From Myxococcota bacterium (GTDB lineage: Bacteria; Myxococcota_A; Polyangia; Polyangiales; Houyiibacteriaceae): a DNA stretch of 26,724 nucleotides. Location: the NCBI GenBank assembly GCA_039030515.1, contig JBCCEA010000047.1:1-26724 (forward strand), given 5' to 3'. Positions 8,821-16,868 of the stretch are shown piece by piece. The notes beneath the pieces were generated by a model. The model did no database searches, had not been told where the DNA came from, and saw only the letters and a list, made by a program, of their open reading frames with translations. Position 1 is the stretch's first letter. Every line of letters begins with the position of its first letter. The position numbers and the translations under genes were made by a program.

Positions 8821-9330
8821 ATGTGGTTCCAGCGTAAGAAAGACGGCACAACCCCACCGGCGCTCCAAAGCCTTCGACAGACCGTGGCGTTGCACCTGCC
8901 CGAGGCGGACGAGGATCTTCAGGCCATCGTTGTTGCGGTCGCCGGTCTATTGGCCTGCGTTGCTTTCGAAGACCGGATCTTGAGCGACGCGGAGTATGCA
9001 CGAATCAAAAGCGAGTTGGCGCGCGTTCAGGGGCTACCCGCTGCCGGAGTTGAGGCGGTTGCCGGTATACTTCGTGAGCATGCGGAGGCCTTGTTTTCGT
9101 CGGGAGATCAGTTCTTCGCTCGAGAGCTGAAGGAACGATGCGTTCGCGAACAGCGTGTTGAAGTTCTTGAAATTCTCGTGGATTTGGCCGCTGTAGACGA
9201 TGTGCTCACCGTCACTGAGACCAACAACCTCAGAAGGCTCACTACGGCGATGGGTCTTACGCAGCAAGAATACGACGCTGCACAGGCTATCCATCGCAAA
9301 AGACTCGCTGTGCTCAAAGACTCGGAATGA
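8821..9330 (+). CDS. TerB family (tellurite resistance-like) protein
   Basis: LLACVAFEDRILSDAEYARI and VLEILVDLAAVDDVLTVTETNNLRRLTTAMGL are the paired TerB helical motifs. Start trimmed to ATG 8821 to avoid overlap with the globin gene. Confidence 0.85.
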   Translation: MWFQRKKDGTTPPALQSLRQTVALHLPEADEDLQAIVVAVAGLLACVAFEDRILSDAEYARIKSELARVQGLPAAGVEAVAGILREHAEALFSSGDQFFARELKERCVREQRVEVLEILVDLAAVDDVLTVTETNNLRRLTTAMGLTQQEYDAAQAIHRKRLAVLKDSE

Positions 9331-9422
9331 ATGCACAATTACGCTTGAGCCGAGGAAGGTTGCGGTTGAGGAACATGCCAGTGTATCCGGCCTAGCAAGC
9401 TTCGGCCTGCTACGGTGGGCCT

Positions 9423-10736
9423 ATGCGCAGACGAGCTTGGTTGATGGGCGGCATGGCCACCGTAGGAGTATCCGTAGCCACGTTTGCCTCTCTCTTCCGG
9501 CGAGAGCCCATATCCTCCGCGGCCCTGCAGATAGATCCGGCAGGCGTTATCGATCTTCCGCCCGGTTTTTCCTATCGCATACTCAGTCAGCGGGGCGATT
9601 TGATGTCCGACGGTTTTCGAACGCCGGGGATGCCGGATGGTATGGCCTGTTTTCAAGACGAGCAGAATCGATGGGTTTTGATGAGGAATCACGAGCTTCC
9701 TCCGAGAGCCTTTCCGTTAGCGGCGTTTCGCAGTGGAGAAGAGCCCGAGCAGTCTTTCGACAGGCGCTCTATCGGAGGCGTGAGTCGAATGGTGATCGAT
9801 CCGCGGAGCGGTTCAGTGGTTTCGAGCAATCTGGTTCTTACCGGCACCAATAGGAACTGCGCCGGAGGTCCTAGCCCCTGGGGTTGGTTGTCTTGTGAAG
9901 AGGATACAGCGCCGGGTCACGGCTACGTTTTTTTATGCTCGACTTCCGCAGACCGACTGCAAAGACCACGACCAATTCCCGCTTACGGGCGCTTTAATCA
10001 TGAGGCTGTTGCAGTCGAGTCTACTAGAAAGATCGCCTATCTCACTGAGGACCGAGAGGACAGTAGTTTTTATCGTTTTATCCCACACACGTCAGACCGT
10101 CCTTTTGAGGGGAGGTTTCAAGCTATGGCAGTGGATGGTGAGACGAAGTTTGATACCGGCGCGTTTCCCCGAAGGGCCTCCTTGCCGGTCCGATGGGTGG
10201 ATGTTGCAGGGCAGGATTCAGAACACGACGATCTCCGTCATCGTGCACAAGAACTCGGAGCCGCAGTCGTACATCGCGGGGAAGGAATTTGGTATTTGAA
10301 CGGGCAGGTGTTTTTTACCGCTACTTCGGGGGGACCGAACGCACTGGGTCAGGTCTTTCGCCTCAGACTTGGTGACGATGACCGCGCGGAAGATCGACTC
10401 GAACTTATCGCGCAATCAGAAGCCTCTGAAGCACTCGACATGCCGGATAATCTTACAGTCTCGCCTTACGGGGACTTGGTGCTGGCAGAAGATGGGCACG
10501 GACATCAGTTTCTACGCTTGCTCTCTATGGACGGTAGACTCCGACCTTTGGCCCGAAACGCCATCAGTCGAAGTGAATTTGCTGGAGTGTGTTTCTCTCC
10601 GGACGGAGCTGCGCTCTTTGCGAATATTCAGGGAGACGGACTGACTCTGATGATCGAAGGGCCCTTCGAAGAGTACCGAGCAGACGAAGAGCATCGAGCA
10701 GAACCCGAGAGGCAGCTCTCTGAGAAAAGCGTCTAA
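9423..10736 (+). CDS. phoX: PhoX family alkaline phosphatase (DUF839), probable Tat substrate
   Basis: MRRRAWL followed by a hydrophobic stretch; motifs PDGMACF, RNHE, NCAGGPSPWGWLSCEE, GRFNHEA, YLTED, GEG, PDN, LAEDG, SEFAGVCFSPDG and NIQ. Confidence 0.9.
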   Translation: MRRRAWLMGGMATVGVSVATFASLFRREPISSAALQIDPAGVIDLPPGFSYRILSQRGDLMSDGFRTPGMPDGMACFQDEQNRWVLMRNHELPPRAFPLAAFRSGEEPEQSFDRRSIGGVSRMVIDPRSGSVVSSNLVLTGTNRNCAGGPSPWGWLSCEEDTAPGHGYVFLCSTSADRLQRPRPIPAYGRFNHEAVAVESTRKIAYLTEDREDSSFYRFIPHTSDRPFEGRFQAMAVDGETKFDTGAFPRRASLPVRWVDVAGQDSEHDDLRHRAQELGAAVVHRGEGIWYLNGQVFFTATSGGPNALGQVFRLRLGDDDRAEDRLELIAQSEASEALDMPDNLTVSPYGDLVLAEDGHGHQFLRLLSMDGRLRPLARNAISRSEFAGVCFSPDGAALFANIQGDGLTLMIEGPFEEYRADEEHRAEPERQLSEKSV

Positions 10737-10755
10737 ACTGCCCTAGCAGAGAAGA

Positions 10756-10795
10756 CACGCCTCAGAGGAACAAACCAGTTTTGGACGAAGCGCGA
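10756..10795. repeat. 40-bp direct repeat, left copy
   Basis: CACGCCTCAGAGGAACAAACCAGTTTTGGACGAAGCGCGA; 37/40 identical to 11346-11385. Confidence 0.93.
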
Positions 10796-11345
10796 GCCGA
10801 TCACCGTACCCGGTCAGGTATGCCGTACCCGGTCAGGTATGCCGTACCCGGTCAGGTATGCCGTACCCGGTCAGGTTTCTGGTGAGCCGATCACCGTACC
10901 CGGTCAGGTATGCCGTACCCGGTCAGGTATGCCGCACCCGGTCAGGTATGCCGTACCCGGTCAGGTATGCCGTACCCGGTCAAGTGAGCCGATCTGTACC
11001 CGGTCAGCCGATCACCGTACCCGGTCAGGTGTACCGTACCCGGTCAGGTTTCTGGTGAGCCGATCACCGTACCCGGTCAGGTATGCCGTACCCGGTCAGG
11101 TATGCCGTACCCGGTCAGGTATGCCGTACCCGGTCAGGTTTCAGGTGAGCCGATCGGTCAGGTATGCCGTACCCGGTCAGGTGAGCCGATCACCGTACCC
11201 GGTCAGGTATGCCGTACCCGGTCAAGTGAGCCGATCTGTACCCGGTCAGCCGATCACCGTACCCGGTCAGGTGTACCGTACCCGGTCAGGTTTCAGGTGA
11301 GCCGATCGGTCAGGTGTACCGTACCCGGTCAGGTTTCAGGTGAGT

Positions 11346-11385
11346 CACGCCTCAGAGAAACAAACCAGATTTGGAGGAAGCGCGA
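11346..11385. repeat. 40-bp direct repeat, right copy
   Basis: CACGCCTCAGAGAAACAAACCAGATTTGGAGGAAGCGCGA; starts 590 bp after the left copy. Confidence 0.93.
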
Positions 11386-11404
11386 TGCGTTCTGCATCGC
11401 TTCC
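11376..11404. terminator. GC-rich hairpin between convergent genes (possible terminator or RNA 3' stabiliser)
   Basis: GGAAGCGCGATGC-GTTCT-GCATCGCTTCC, an 11-bp stem with a 2-nt bulge; no U-tract. Confidence 0.35.
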
Positions 11405-11513
11405 GCGCCGTACCCGGTCAGGTGAGCCGTACCCGGTTAGGTGAGCCGATCAGGTGTCTTCGTACCCGATGAGCCGATCACCGTACCCGATCAGGTGTAC
11501 CGAGGTGTGCCGC

Positions 11514-12293
11514 TTACTGGAGCTCGTCCACGGAGCTCTGGGTTCCGGCAGACTGTTCGTCAAAGGGAAGCGATTTGGTTCGGCTCTCAGGGGTAGCGTC
11601 GCTGAGCGGTTCTTTTTTGCGACGGCGTTTGCGGGTGGAATTCGGTTTCGAGGCTTTTCCCAGCTGTAGCGCCGACACTTTTGAAGATAGGGCTTCATTG
11701 CCGGTTGCATAGACTTTGAGATAGTCCGCCGCCCTTTGAGCGTGGTCTTTCATGGCATGCTGGGCGTCGGCCAGCGTGGCTCGCGCTCTGTCGAGAGTTT
11801 GCTGTGCCGAGCGAACCTCAAGGCAACGGCTCCTTACTTCTTCCTGATGCTGCAGCAAGCTCGTCACCGAAACGTCCGGAAACGGCACGCTCTGCAGCTG
11901 GTTCTGAAAGAGATCGATCACCTCCTGAATGGCCTTGGGGATCGGTGCCTCCGAGTGCGGACTATCCGATTCTGACGGACGGTCGGTGTCTTGCTGGGCG
12001 GCATGTGGCTGAGTGGCATGTGGCTGGGCGGCATAGAGAGGAGCTGCGACTGTCTGAGCCGAGTCTGATCGGTACCTGTCTGTCTTGTGGGTATCGGTCT
12101 TGCCGTTCGGCTGAGTTATATGCGTTTGTTGTGCATATAGTTGAGGCGTAGGCATTGAGGTTGTGAGGTGCTCAAAGGTTTGAGTCTCTAGTGTTTCATT
12201 CATGGTGGATGCTACTTTACCAAGCAAGGGTGTGCTCTGAGTGGGACTGAACTCTGGATCTTCTGAACGACGGGTTGTTGCATTCATCCTCAC
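11514..12293 (-). CDS. Hypothetical protein: disordered N-terminus, coiled-coil C-terminal domain and basic tail
   Basis: 259-aa ORF with a T/Q/P-rich N-terminal half containing AAQPH/ATQPH/AAQQD pentapeptides, then a helical domain (IQEVIDLFQNQLQSVPFPDVS...AQRAADYLKVYA) and RKRRRKK. Start uncertain. Confidence 0.7.
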   Translation of the reverse strand: MRMNATTRRSEDPEFSPTQSTPLLGKVASTMNETLETQTFEHLTTSMPTPQLYAQQTHITQPNGKTDTHKTDRYRSDSAQTVAAPLYAAQPHATQPHAAQQDTDRPSESDSPHSEAPIPKAIQEVIDLFQNQLQSVPFPDVSVTSLLQHQEEVRSRCLEVRSAQQTLDRARATLADAQHAMKDHAQRAADYLKVYATGNEALSSKVSALQLGKASKPNSTRKRRRKKEPLSDATPESRTKSLPFDEQSAGTQSSVDELQ

Positions 12294-12401
12294 GCTTGCG
12301 CTCTCAAGGCACGGCCGCTTCCAAGTCGAGATGGCCGTGCCTATCGATCGAGGGGCATGTGATGCTGTTACTTTGTTCAGTATTCGCGATCTGAATTCTT
12401 G

Positions 12402-13739
12402 TCAAGTATTCTCAGGAGTCACCGTCGTCTCTTCGAGCTCTCCGACTGTTTCGATAAACGCCTCGCGTGCTTTTTTGAGCGACGGGTCCACTGTGGATGG
12501 GTCGCTGGATATGTGATCGATAGTTCTGGGGGTTCGTAGCCCAGGACCGCTTTGCCGGCTCAAGTCCACCTGGCGTGTGGGCACATCGCTTAGTGGATGC
12601 TGCGCAGTGGGCGCGTTTGCTCCAAGGGGGAGGCGGTGACTGGAGACGGCGCGTTTGTTGCGGACGGGTGGGCTTTTTTGAATTGCTGCCGCAAACGGTA
12701 TCGTGGGTCGACGGTCGGCACTCACTTCGTGCTGAGGAATCGAGTGAGGGCATGCACGTTTTGGCTGACGAACAGGAATGGTGGGAGGACGCGCTCGATT
12801 CAGCTCGCGGTTCGGAACGGCGGCAGGAGAGGCCGGTTTCTCCATGCTGATGTGTATCGGCTGAGTTTTGGTCGACTTCAAGTGATGGTCTGGACTGGGA
12901 GGCACCCGGGCTTGTCGATGCTGCTCCTGAATCGCCCGGTAGGAGACGTTGCGTGTTTTTGCTCTCGGCTCGAGTCCGGCCGTCCTTTTGGTTCGTGGCG
13001 GGTGTTCGCTTACCGGGGTCTTCTCGCCTATCGCGTTTTTTTCAAATTCTGCAGTCGACCGAGACTGCAGATGCGCTTTCGGGTGCTCGATCGGGGTCTT
13101 GAGGTGTCGATCGTGATCGATGGAACCGATGGCGCCCACCGGGGTGAGACGCTGCATGCGATGTGCGGCGCAGGGTGCGGAGGAGAAGGAGTCGACCACT
13201 GCGGGATCCGCCTTGTTTCTCGAGAACGCGTCTTTTTTGCTCGAGAGTTCTGCTCGACGGCGCTGGGCGGCTCCGTGCACCGAGGGCGATATCTCGGTGA
13301 TCTCCGAGTGATGCGCCTCATGCGTCGAAGTCTCCGCCCACAAAGAAAGCGGCTGGGCCCGCATGCGGAGTGCTTTGGAGGCCTCCACATCAACCTGGAG
13401 ATAGGTGGGATTGAGCGGGTCAACCCGGCACTGAATCCAGCTCTGGGGCTGGGTCAGCCAGCTGTCGGCATCGTCGAGCCACAAGGCACGTGCGACGCGA
13501 TAGATGGGGATACCGCGGCGATGAATGTCCAGCTCCAACGTCCAAAGTGTGGCTCCGCTGCCGCCGAGCTGCGCTGCCGAAGCCTGTATTTGCGCTAGAA
13601 TTAGAGACCTAAATTTGGTCTTTTGTCTTTTATCGTTCCTCTGCCGCCAAACGACAAAGGCTCCAGCCAAAAGAGCCGCAGCAAAGAAAAGCATGCCTGT
13701 GACCCATCGGAATAAGTACGAGTGTATTGGTACCTCCAT
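12402..13739 (-). CDS. Hypothetical membrane-anchored protein with small beta domain and long disordered tail
   Basis: TM helix (MLFFAAALLAGAFVVW) followed by basic residues, a beta-rich segment ending CRVDPLNPTYLQVD, then a ~300-aa P/R/S/H-rich tail. Starts 36 bp after the vgrG stop. Confidence 0.65.
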   Translation of the reverse strand: MEVPIHSYLFRWVTGMLFFAAALLAGAFVVWRQRNDKRQKTKFRSLILAQIQASAAQLGGSGATLWTLELDIHRRGIPIYRVARALWLDDADSWLTQPQSWIQCRVDPLNPTYLQVDVEASKALRMRAQPLSLWAETSTHEAHHSEITEISPSVHGAAQRRRAELSSKKDAFSRNKADPAVVDSFSSAPCAAHRMQRLTPVGAIGSIDHDRHLKTPIEHPKAHLQSRSTAEFEKNAIGEKTPVSEHPPRTKRTAGLEPRAKTRNVSYRAIQEQHRQARVPPSPDHHLKSTKTQPIHISMEKPASPAAVPNRELNRARPPTIPVRQPKRACPHSIPQHEVSADRRPTIPFAAAIQKSPPVRNKRAVSSHRLPLGANAPTAQHPLSDVPTRQVDLSRQSGPGLRTPRTIDHISSDPSTVDPSLKKAREAFIETVGELEETTVTPENT

Positions 13740-13775
13740 AAAATCCGGAACGCTTTGCGATACGAGGGTTGTTGC

Positions 13776-16700
13776 CTAACCAATCAATGTTATGCCTGCT
13801 TGCAAATTCCAGAGGTCGCTATACTGTACTTTTTTTCCTGGCTTGGTAGCGTCCAGTCCAGTTTTGCCGTAGGCAACGCCGACATGATCTAGCTTAATAC
13901 CTGTCAAGCTTTGACAAAAACCCGATTCAGAGCCCGAAATGACAGAAGCTGATTCCGAAGTTATAGAATTCGAAAACGACATGTGTTGATAATGACTTTG
14001 ATTCAGGCCAACAACGTCTACTCCCTCTGGGGACTCGATGGTGATCTTTTTGGGTGAGAAGATTCTGATCTCTCCACCGGATGATATGATTTTTATGCCT
14101 CCGTCGGATTTGATCTTAGTGTCTTTTTTAGACTTAATAACTGTGCTTCCGTCTGTGTCTATATGAAGGTCTTTTTTATTCTCTTGCTTGTGCTCGCCTT
14201 TGGTGGTCTGCGTAAGATTTTTTTCGACGGTAGTCTCCTTGTCGCCTTTGGTGGTCTGCGTAAGATTCCCTTCGACGCTGGTCACCTTGTTTCCCCTGGT
14301 AGTGTGCGTAAGGTCCCATTCGACGGTGGCCACCTTGTTTCCCCACATAGTCTGCGTTTGGTCTCCCCAGACCGAAAATTCGTGGTTTTCCCACACTTCG
14401 TACGTGGCGTTTTTTTTCACGATGTCCGTCAAGCAGCCGTTTACGCATACGCTTCGATTTCGCTCCACCTCGATTTTCTGATCTTGACCGACGTTGAGAA
14501 ATGCATCGGCCTTGGTAGTCGTTCGGATATTGCGTTCTCCGCGTAGAAGTATTTCTTCTTTGCCGGCCTCATCTTCAAAGCAGATCTCGTTGTAGCCACC
14601 CGTGTCGGGACAGGAGCGGGTTCTCAGTGCTGTTTTTGTACTGTCTTCCGGCAGGGCGTAGGGGGGCCTGTTGGCCCCGTTGTAGACGCAACCGACCGCA
14701 AAGGGGCGGTCTAGATCGCCGAGCTCAAAGTCGATCAGGACCTCCATACCCGCCCGCGGCAGCACCATGGAACCGAAGCCAGCCCCCGCCCAGCTCTGCA
14801 TCATCCGCACCCAGCAGCCGCATCGTTCGGGGGCGGCGTCGTCAAAATCCCAGTGAAACTGGATGCGGATTCTGCCGTATGCGTCGACGTAGGGCTCTTC
14901 GGCATTTGGGCCGACGACCGTGGCTGTTTGCATGCCTAAGGAGCGAGGTTTGGTGGTGCGCTGCTCGGGAACGTAGCGGACTGTGAGGGGGACGCAGCGG
15001 AATCTATTTCGATAGGGGCCGCTCTCAGATCGCTTGCCCTTCGTTTGGAGTTGAACCTCGTGAACGGCGGAGACGACGAGGTAGCAGCCGTCCACATCGG
15101 GATCTGCATGGCCTTCAAGTGAAAGAACGGTGCCGGGCGTGAGGCCGACCAAGTCGCTCTTGCCCTCTCCGAACTCGCCCCTCAATCGGGTCCTTGCAGC
15201 CTCCCGCTGGGCACGCGCATCGGTGTCGTCGTTTCGATAGGAGTCTCCGTTCCAGCAGGAGGCGCGAGGCTCGTCGTGCACCACCTTTGCGCACTCCAGA
15301 CCTTTGCCGTGCGTTGCAACCTTTGCTTCAGCCTCGATTTGCGCCTTTGGCCTCGACCAGTCGTAGGTGTAGGAAATGGTCTTGTTCGCGGTGAGCTGCC
15401 GCGAAAGGGCGAATTCATGAATAGACTCCTCGTCGTGGAATCCTCCCATCGCTCTGATTCTCACAGACTCACTCTGGGTGGGAAGCTCCGGGAACGCGCT
15501 GTTGTTGTCGCTCAACACGACAGTCTCGTAAGACTCGCCTTGTTCAAATCGGAACGCGATCCCCTCGTCCTCGAGAAGCCGCATGACAAACGACAGATCG
15601 GTTTCCTGATACTGAACGCAATACTCGCGCTTAAAGTACTCTTCTCGAAGCTCCAGCTTGATGTCCCGCCCAAAGGGCTTGAGGCCGGCCTCCACCACCT
15701 CTTTGACGATCTCAACCGCGGTTTTGTCCTGGAACACCCGGCTGCTTCGCTGTTGGTCCAGAGCTGCAAGCGCCGGGACCAACTCGATGCGCACCTTACT
15801 GTACCCGTACGCCTGCCCTAGATGAGTGACTCCGGTGACGACGCCGTGCACGACTCGCTCGAAGGAATCTGACAATTTGGAGTAGCCGGTATCCGCCGTC
15901 AGTCGGGCAGATTCTCCGATGAGGTTCGGCAGGCACAGGAGATCTTCCTCGATGAGCACCTCGAACTCGGCCCGATAGATGCGATTGAGCTCCTCTTCGA
16001 GTTCAAGAGTGGGCACCCGAATCCGCTCATCCGGATAGGCATCGGACTCGAATGAAAACGCCAGGCTCCGAGGACCGAAACTCGCTTCGGCAGCGGCCGC
16101 AAATCCAGAGTTCGACGGCGGACCGGCAGAGGAGGATGAAGGCGTCGCCGGGGTAGCGAAGCAAGATCGGGCTGCTTTCGAGGCGTGAGGGACCTGCTTG
16201 TTTGAGTCGACCTGCCGCGAACCGAATCGAGTCGGAGTTGCAGCCAAGGCATATGCGAAGGGTGGTGGGGTACGCGGCGCGTCCTTCGAGGGGCTGGCGT
16301 TTTTGTCCGCGTAGCCGCAGCGGTTGGTGGAGCCCTGGTCGCTAGTCCAGTCAGCTCCGGATTGCCTGTGCTCGGCCCGACTGTGCTCGGCCCGACTGTG
16401 CTCAGCCTGGTCGTCCTCGGTCTGCCTGTCGTCAACCTGCCTGTGCTCGGCCCGACTGTGCTCAGCCTGGTCGTCCTCGGTCTGCCTGTCGTCAACCTGC
16501 CTGTGCTCGGCCCGACTGTGCTCAGCCTGGTCGTCCTCGGTCTGCCTGTCGTCAACCTGCCTGTGCTTGGTCTGCCTGTTCTCGGTCTGCCTGTGCTCAG
16601 CCTGACTGTCTTTGGTCGCTGCTGGATCGGCACATGGGGAGGCTGCGGCGTTTCGGCGGTCTTTCGCGTGGACCGTGGTGGGGCGCGTCGCGACCGGGCG

Positions 16701-16868
16701 CCTCCGCTTCCCTTTGAGGCTTATCCCTGTGGTTTCAAGGTGCTCTTTGCTCGGAACTCGAACTGTCTTTGAGCGATGTCCTCCGGCTTTGCGCTCGGTC
16801 ACGGAGACTGGGGGGATTCCGTGATAATCGGAGGAATCAGTTCGAAGTACTGTTCGATCAATGGTCAT
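13776..16868 (-). CDS. vgrG: Type VI secretion tip protein VgrG (TssI) with N-terminal repeat extension
   Basis: REYCVQYQETDLSFVMRLLEDEGI, GMQTATVVGP, DAYGRIRIQFHWD, CWVRMMQSWAGAGFG, PRAGMEVLIDFELGDLDRP, GCVYNG and NEICFEDEAGKEEI, followed by gp5-like beta-helix repeats. The start is uncertain; the VgrG domain begins near 16065. Confidence 0.95.
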   Translation of the reverse strand: MTIDRTVLRTDSSDYHGIPPVSVTERKAGGHRSKTVRVPSKEHLETTGISLKGKRRRPVATRPTTVHAKDRRNAAASPCADPAATKDSQAEHRQTENRQTKHRQVDDRQTEDDQAEHSRAEHRQVDDRQTEDDQAEHSRAEHRQVDDRQTEDDQAEHSRAEHSRAEHRQSGADWTSDQGSTNRCGYADKNASPSKDAPRTPPPFAYALAATPTRFGSRQVDSNKQVPHASKAARSCFATPATPSSSSAGPPSNSGFAAAAEASFGPRSLAFSFESDAYPDERIRVPTLELEEELNRIYRAEFEVLIEEDLLCLPNLIGESARLTADTGYSKLSDSFERVVHGVVTGVTHLGQAYGYSKVRIELVPALAALDQQRSSRVFQDKTAVEIVKEVVEAGLKPFGRDIKLELREEYFKREYCVQYQETDLSFVMRLLEDEGIAFRFEQGESYETVVLSDNNSAFPELPTQSESVRIRAMGGFHDEESIHEFALSRQLTANKTISYTYDWSRPKAQIEAEAKVATHGKGLECAKVVHDEPRASCWNGDSYRNDDTDARAQREAARTRLRGEFGEGKSDLVGLTPGTVLSLEGHADPDVDGCYLVVSAVHEVQLQTKGKRSESGPYRNRFRCVPLTVRYVPEQRTTKPRSLGMQTATVVGPNAEEPYVDAYGRIRIQFHWDFDDAAPERCGCWVRMMQSWAGAGFGSMVLPRAGMEVLIDFELGDLDRPFAVGCVYNGANRPPYALPEDSTKTALRTRSCPDTGGYNEICFEDEAGKEEILLRGERNIRTTTKADAFLNVGQDQKIEVERNRSVCVNGCLTDIVKKNATYEVWENHEFSVWGDQTQTMWGNKVATVEWDLTHTTRGNKVTSVEGNLTQTTKGDKETTVEKNLTQTTKGEHKQENKKDLHIDTDGSTVIKSKKDTKIKSDGGIKIISSGGEIRIFSPKKITIESPEGVDVVGLNQSHYQHMSFSNSITSESASVISGSESGFCQSLTGIKLDHVGVAYGKTGLDATKPGKKVQYSDLWNLQAGITLIG
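14196..14387 (-). repeat. 48-bp (16-aa) repeats in the VgrG beta-helical spike
   Basis: Copies at 14196, 14244, 14292 and 14340, encoding GNKVATVEWDLTHTTR / GNKVTSVEGNLTQTTK / GDKETTVEKNLTQTTK-type units. Confidence 0.85.
16363..16610 (-). repeat. Coding VNTR: 15-bp subunits forming three perfect 60-bp copies
   Basis: 16381-16440, 16441-16500 and 16501-16560 are identical and are flanked by degenerate 15-mers. In the vgrG frame they encode (RQVDDRQTEDDQAEHSRAEH)x3. Confidence 0.97.

Larger units (their letters stand above)
10794..11500. repeat. Complex intergenic minisatellite built on CCGTACCCGGTCAGG (basic unit 19 bp)
   Basis: About 25 full or near-full cores plus partial ones (10804, 10823, 10842, 10861, 10894, 10913 ... 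11319, 11408, 11427, 11481). Linkers are TATG, TGTA, TGAG, TGAGCCGATCA or TTTC(T/A)GGTGAGCCGATC. Lies between convergent genes. Confidence 0.97.

Noticed and set aside
10839..11425. Repeat-encoded ORFs (MPYPVRYAVPGQVCRTRSG...) in three + frames
   Set aside because: The 19-bp unit has no + strand stop codon and contains ATG, so ORFs arise automatically. Linker lengths do not preserve frame and there is no RBS. Translation is not excluded but is unsupported.
10804..11495. CRISPR array or plasmid iteron origin
   Set aside because: There are no unique spacers and the linkers are reused. There is no rep gene or AT-rich unwinding element, and the context is chromosomal.
12307..12342. Sigma54 promoter at GGCACG
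   Set aside because: No GC at the -12 position on either strand; kept only as an inverted repeat.
12597..13598. 333-aa + strand ORF
   Set aside because: Antisense shadow of 12402-13739, which has a plausible TM/domain layout and is co-oriented with its neighbours.
14196..14387. DGR template/variable repeat pair in the vgrG tip
   Set aside because: The repeats are tandem beta-helix units, the differences are not adenine-specific, and no reverse transcriptase is present.
15899..16772. Alternative-frame repeat ORFs (244 aa minus, 136 aa plus)
   Set aside because: By-products of the stop-free 15/60-bp VNTR inside the vgrG frame.
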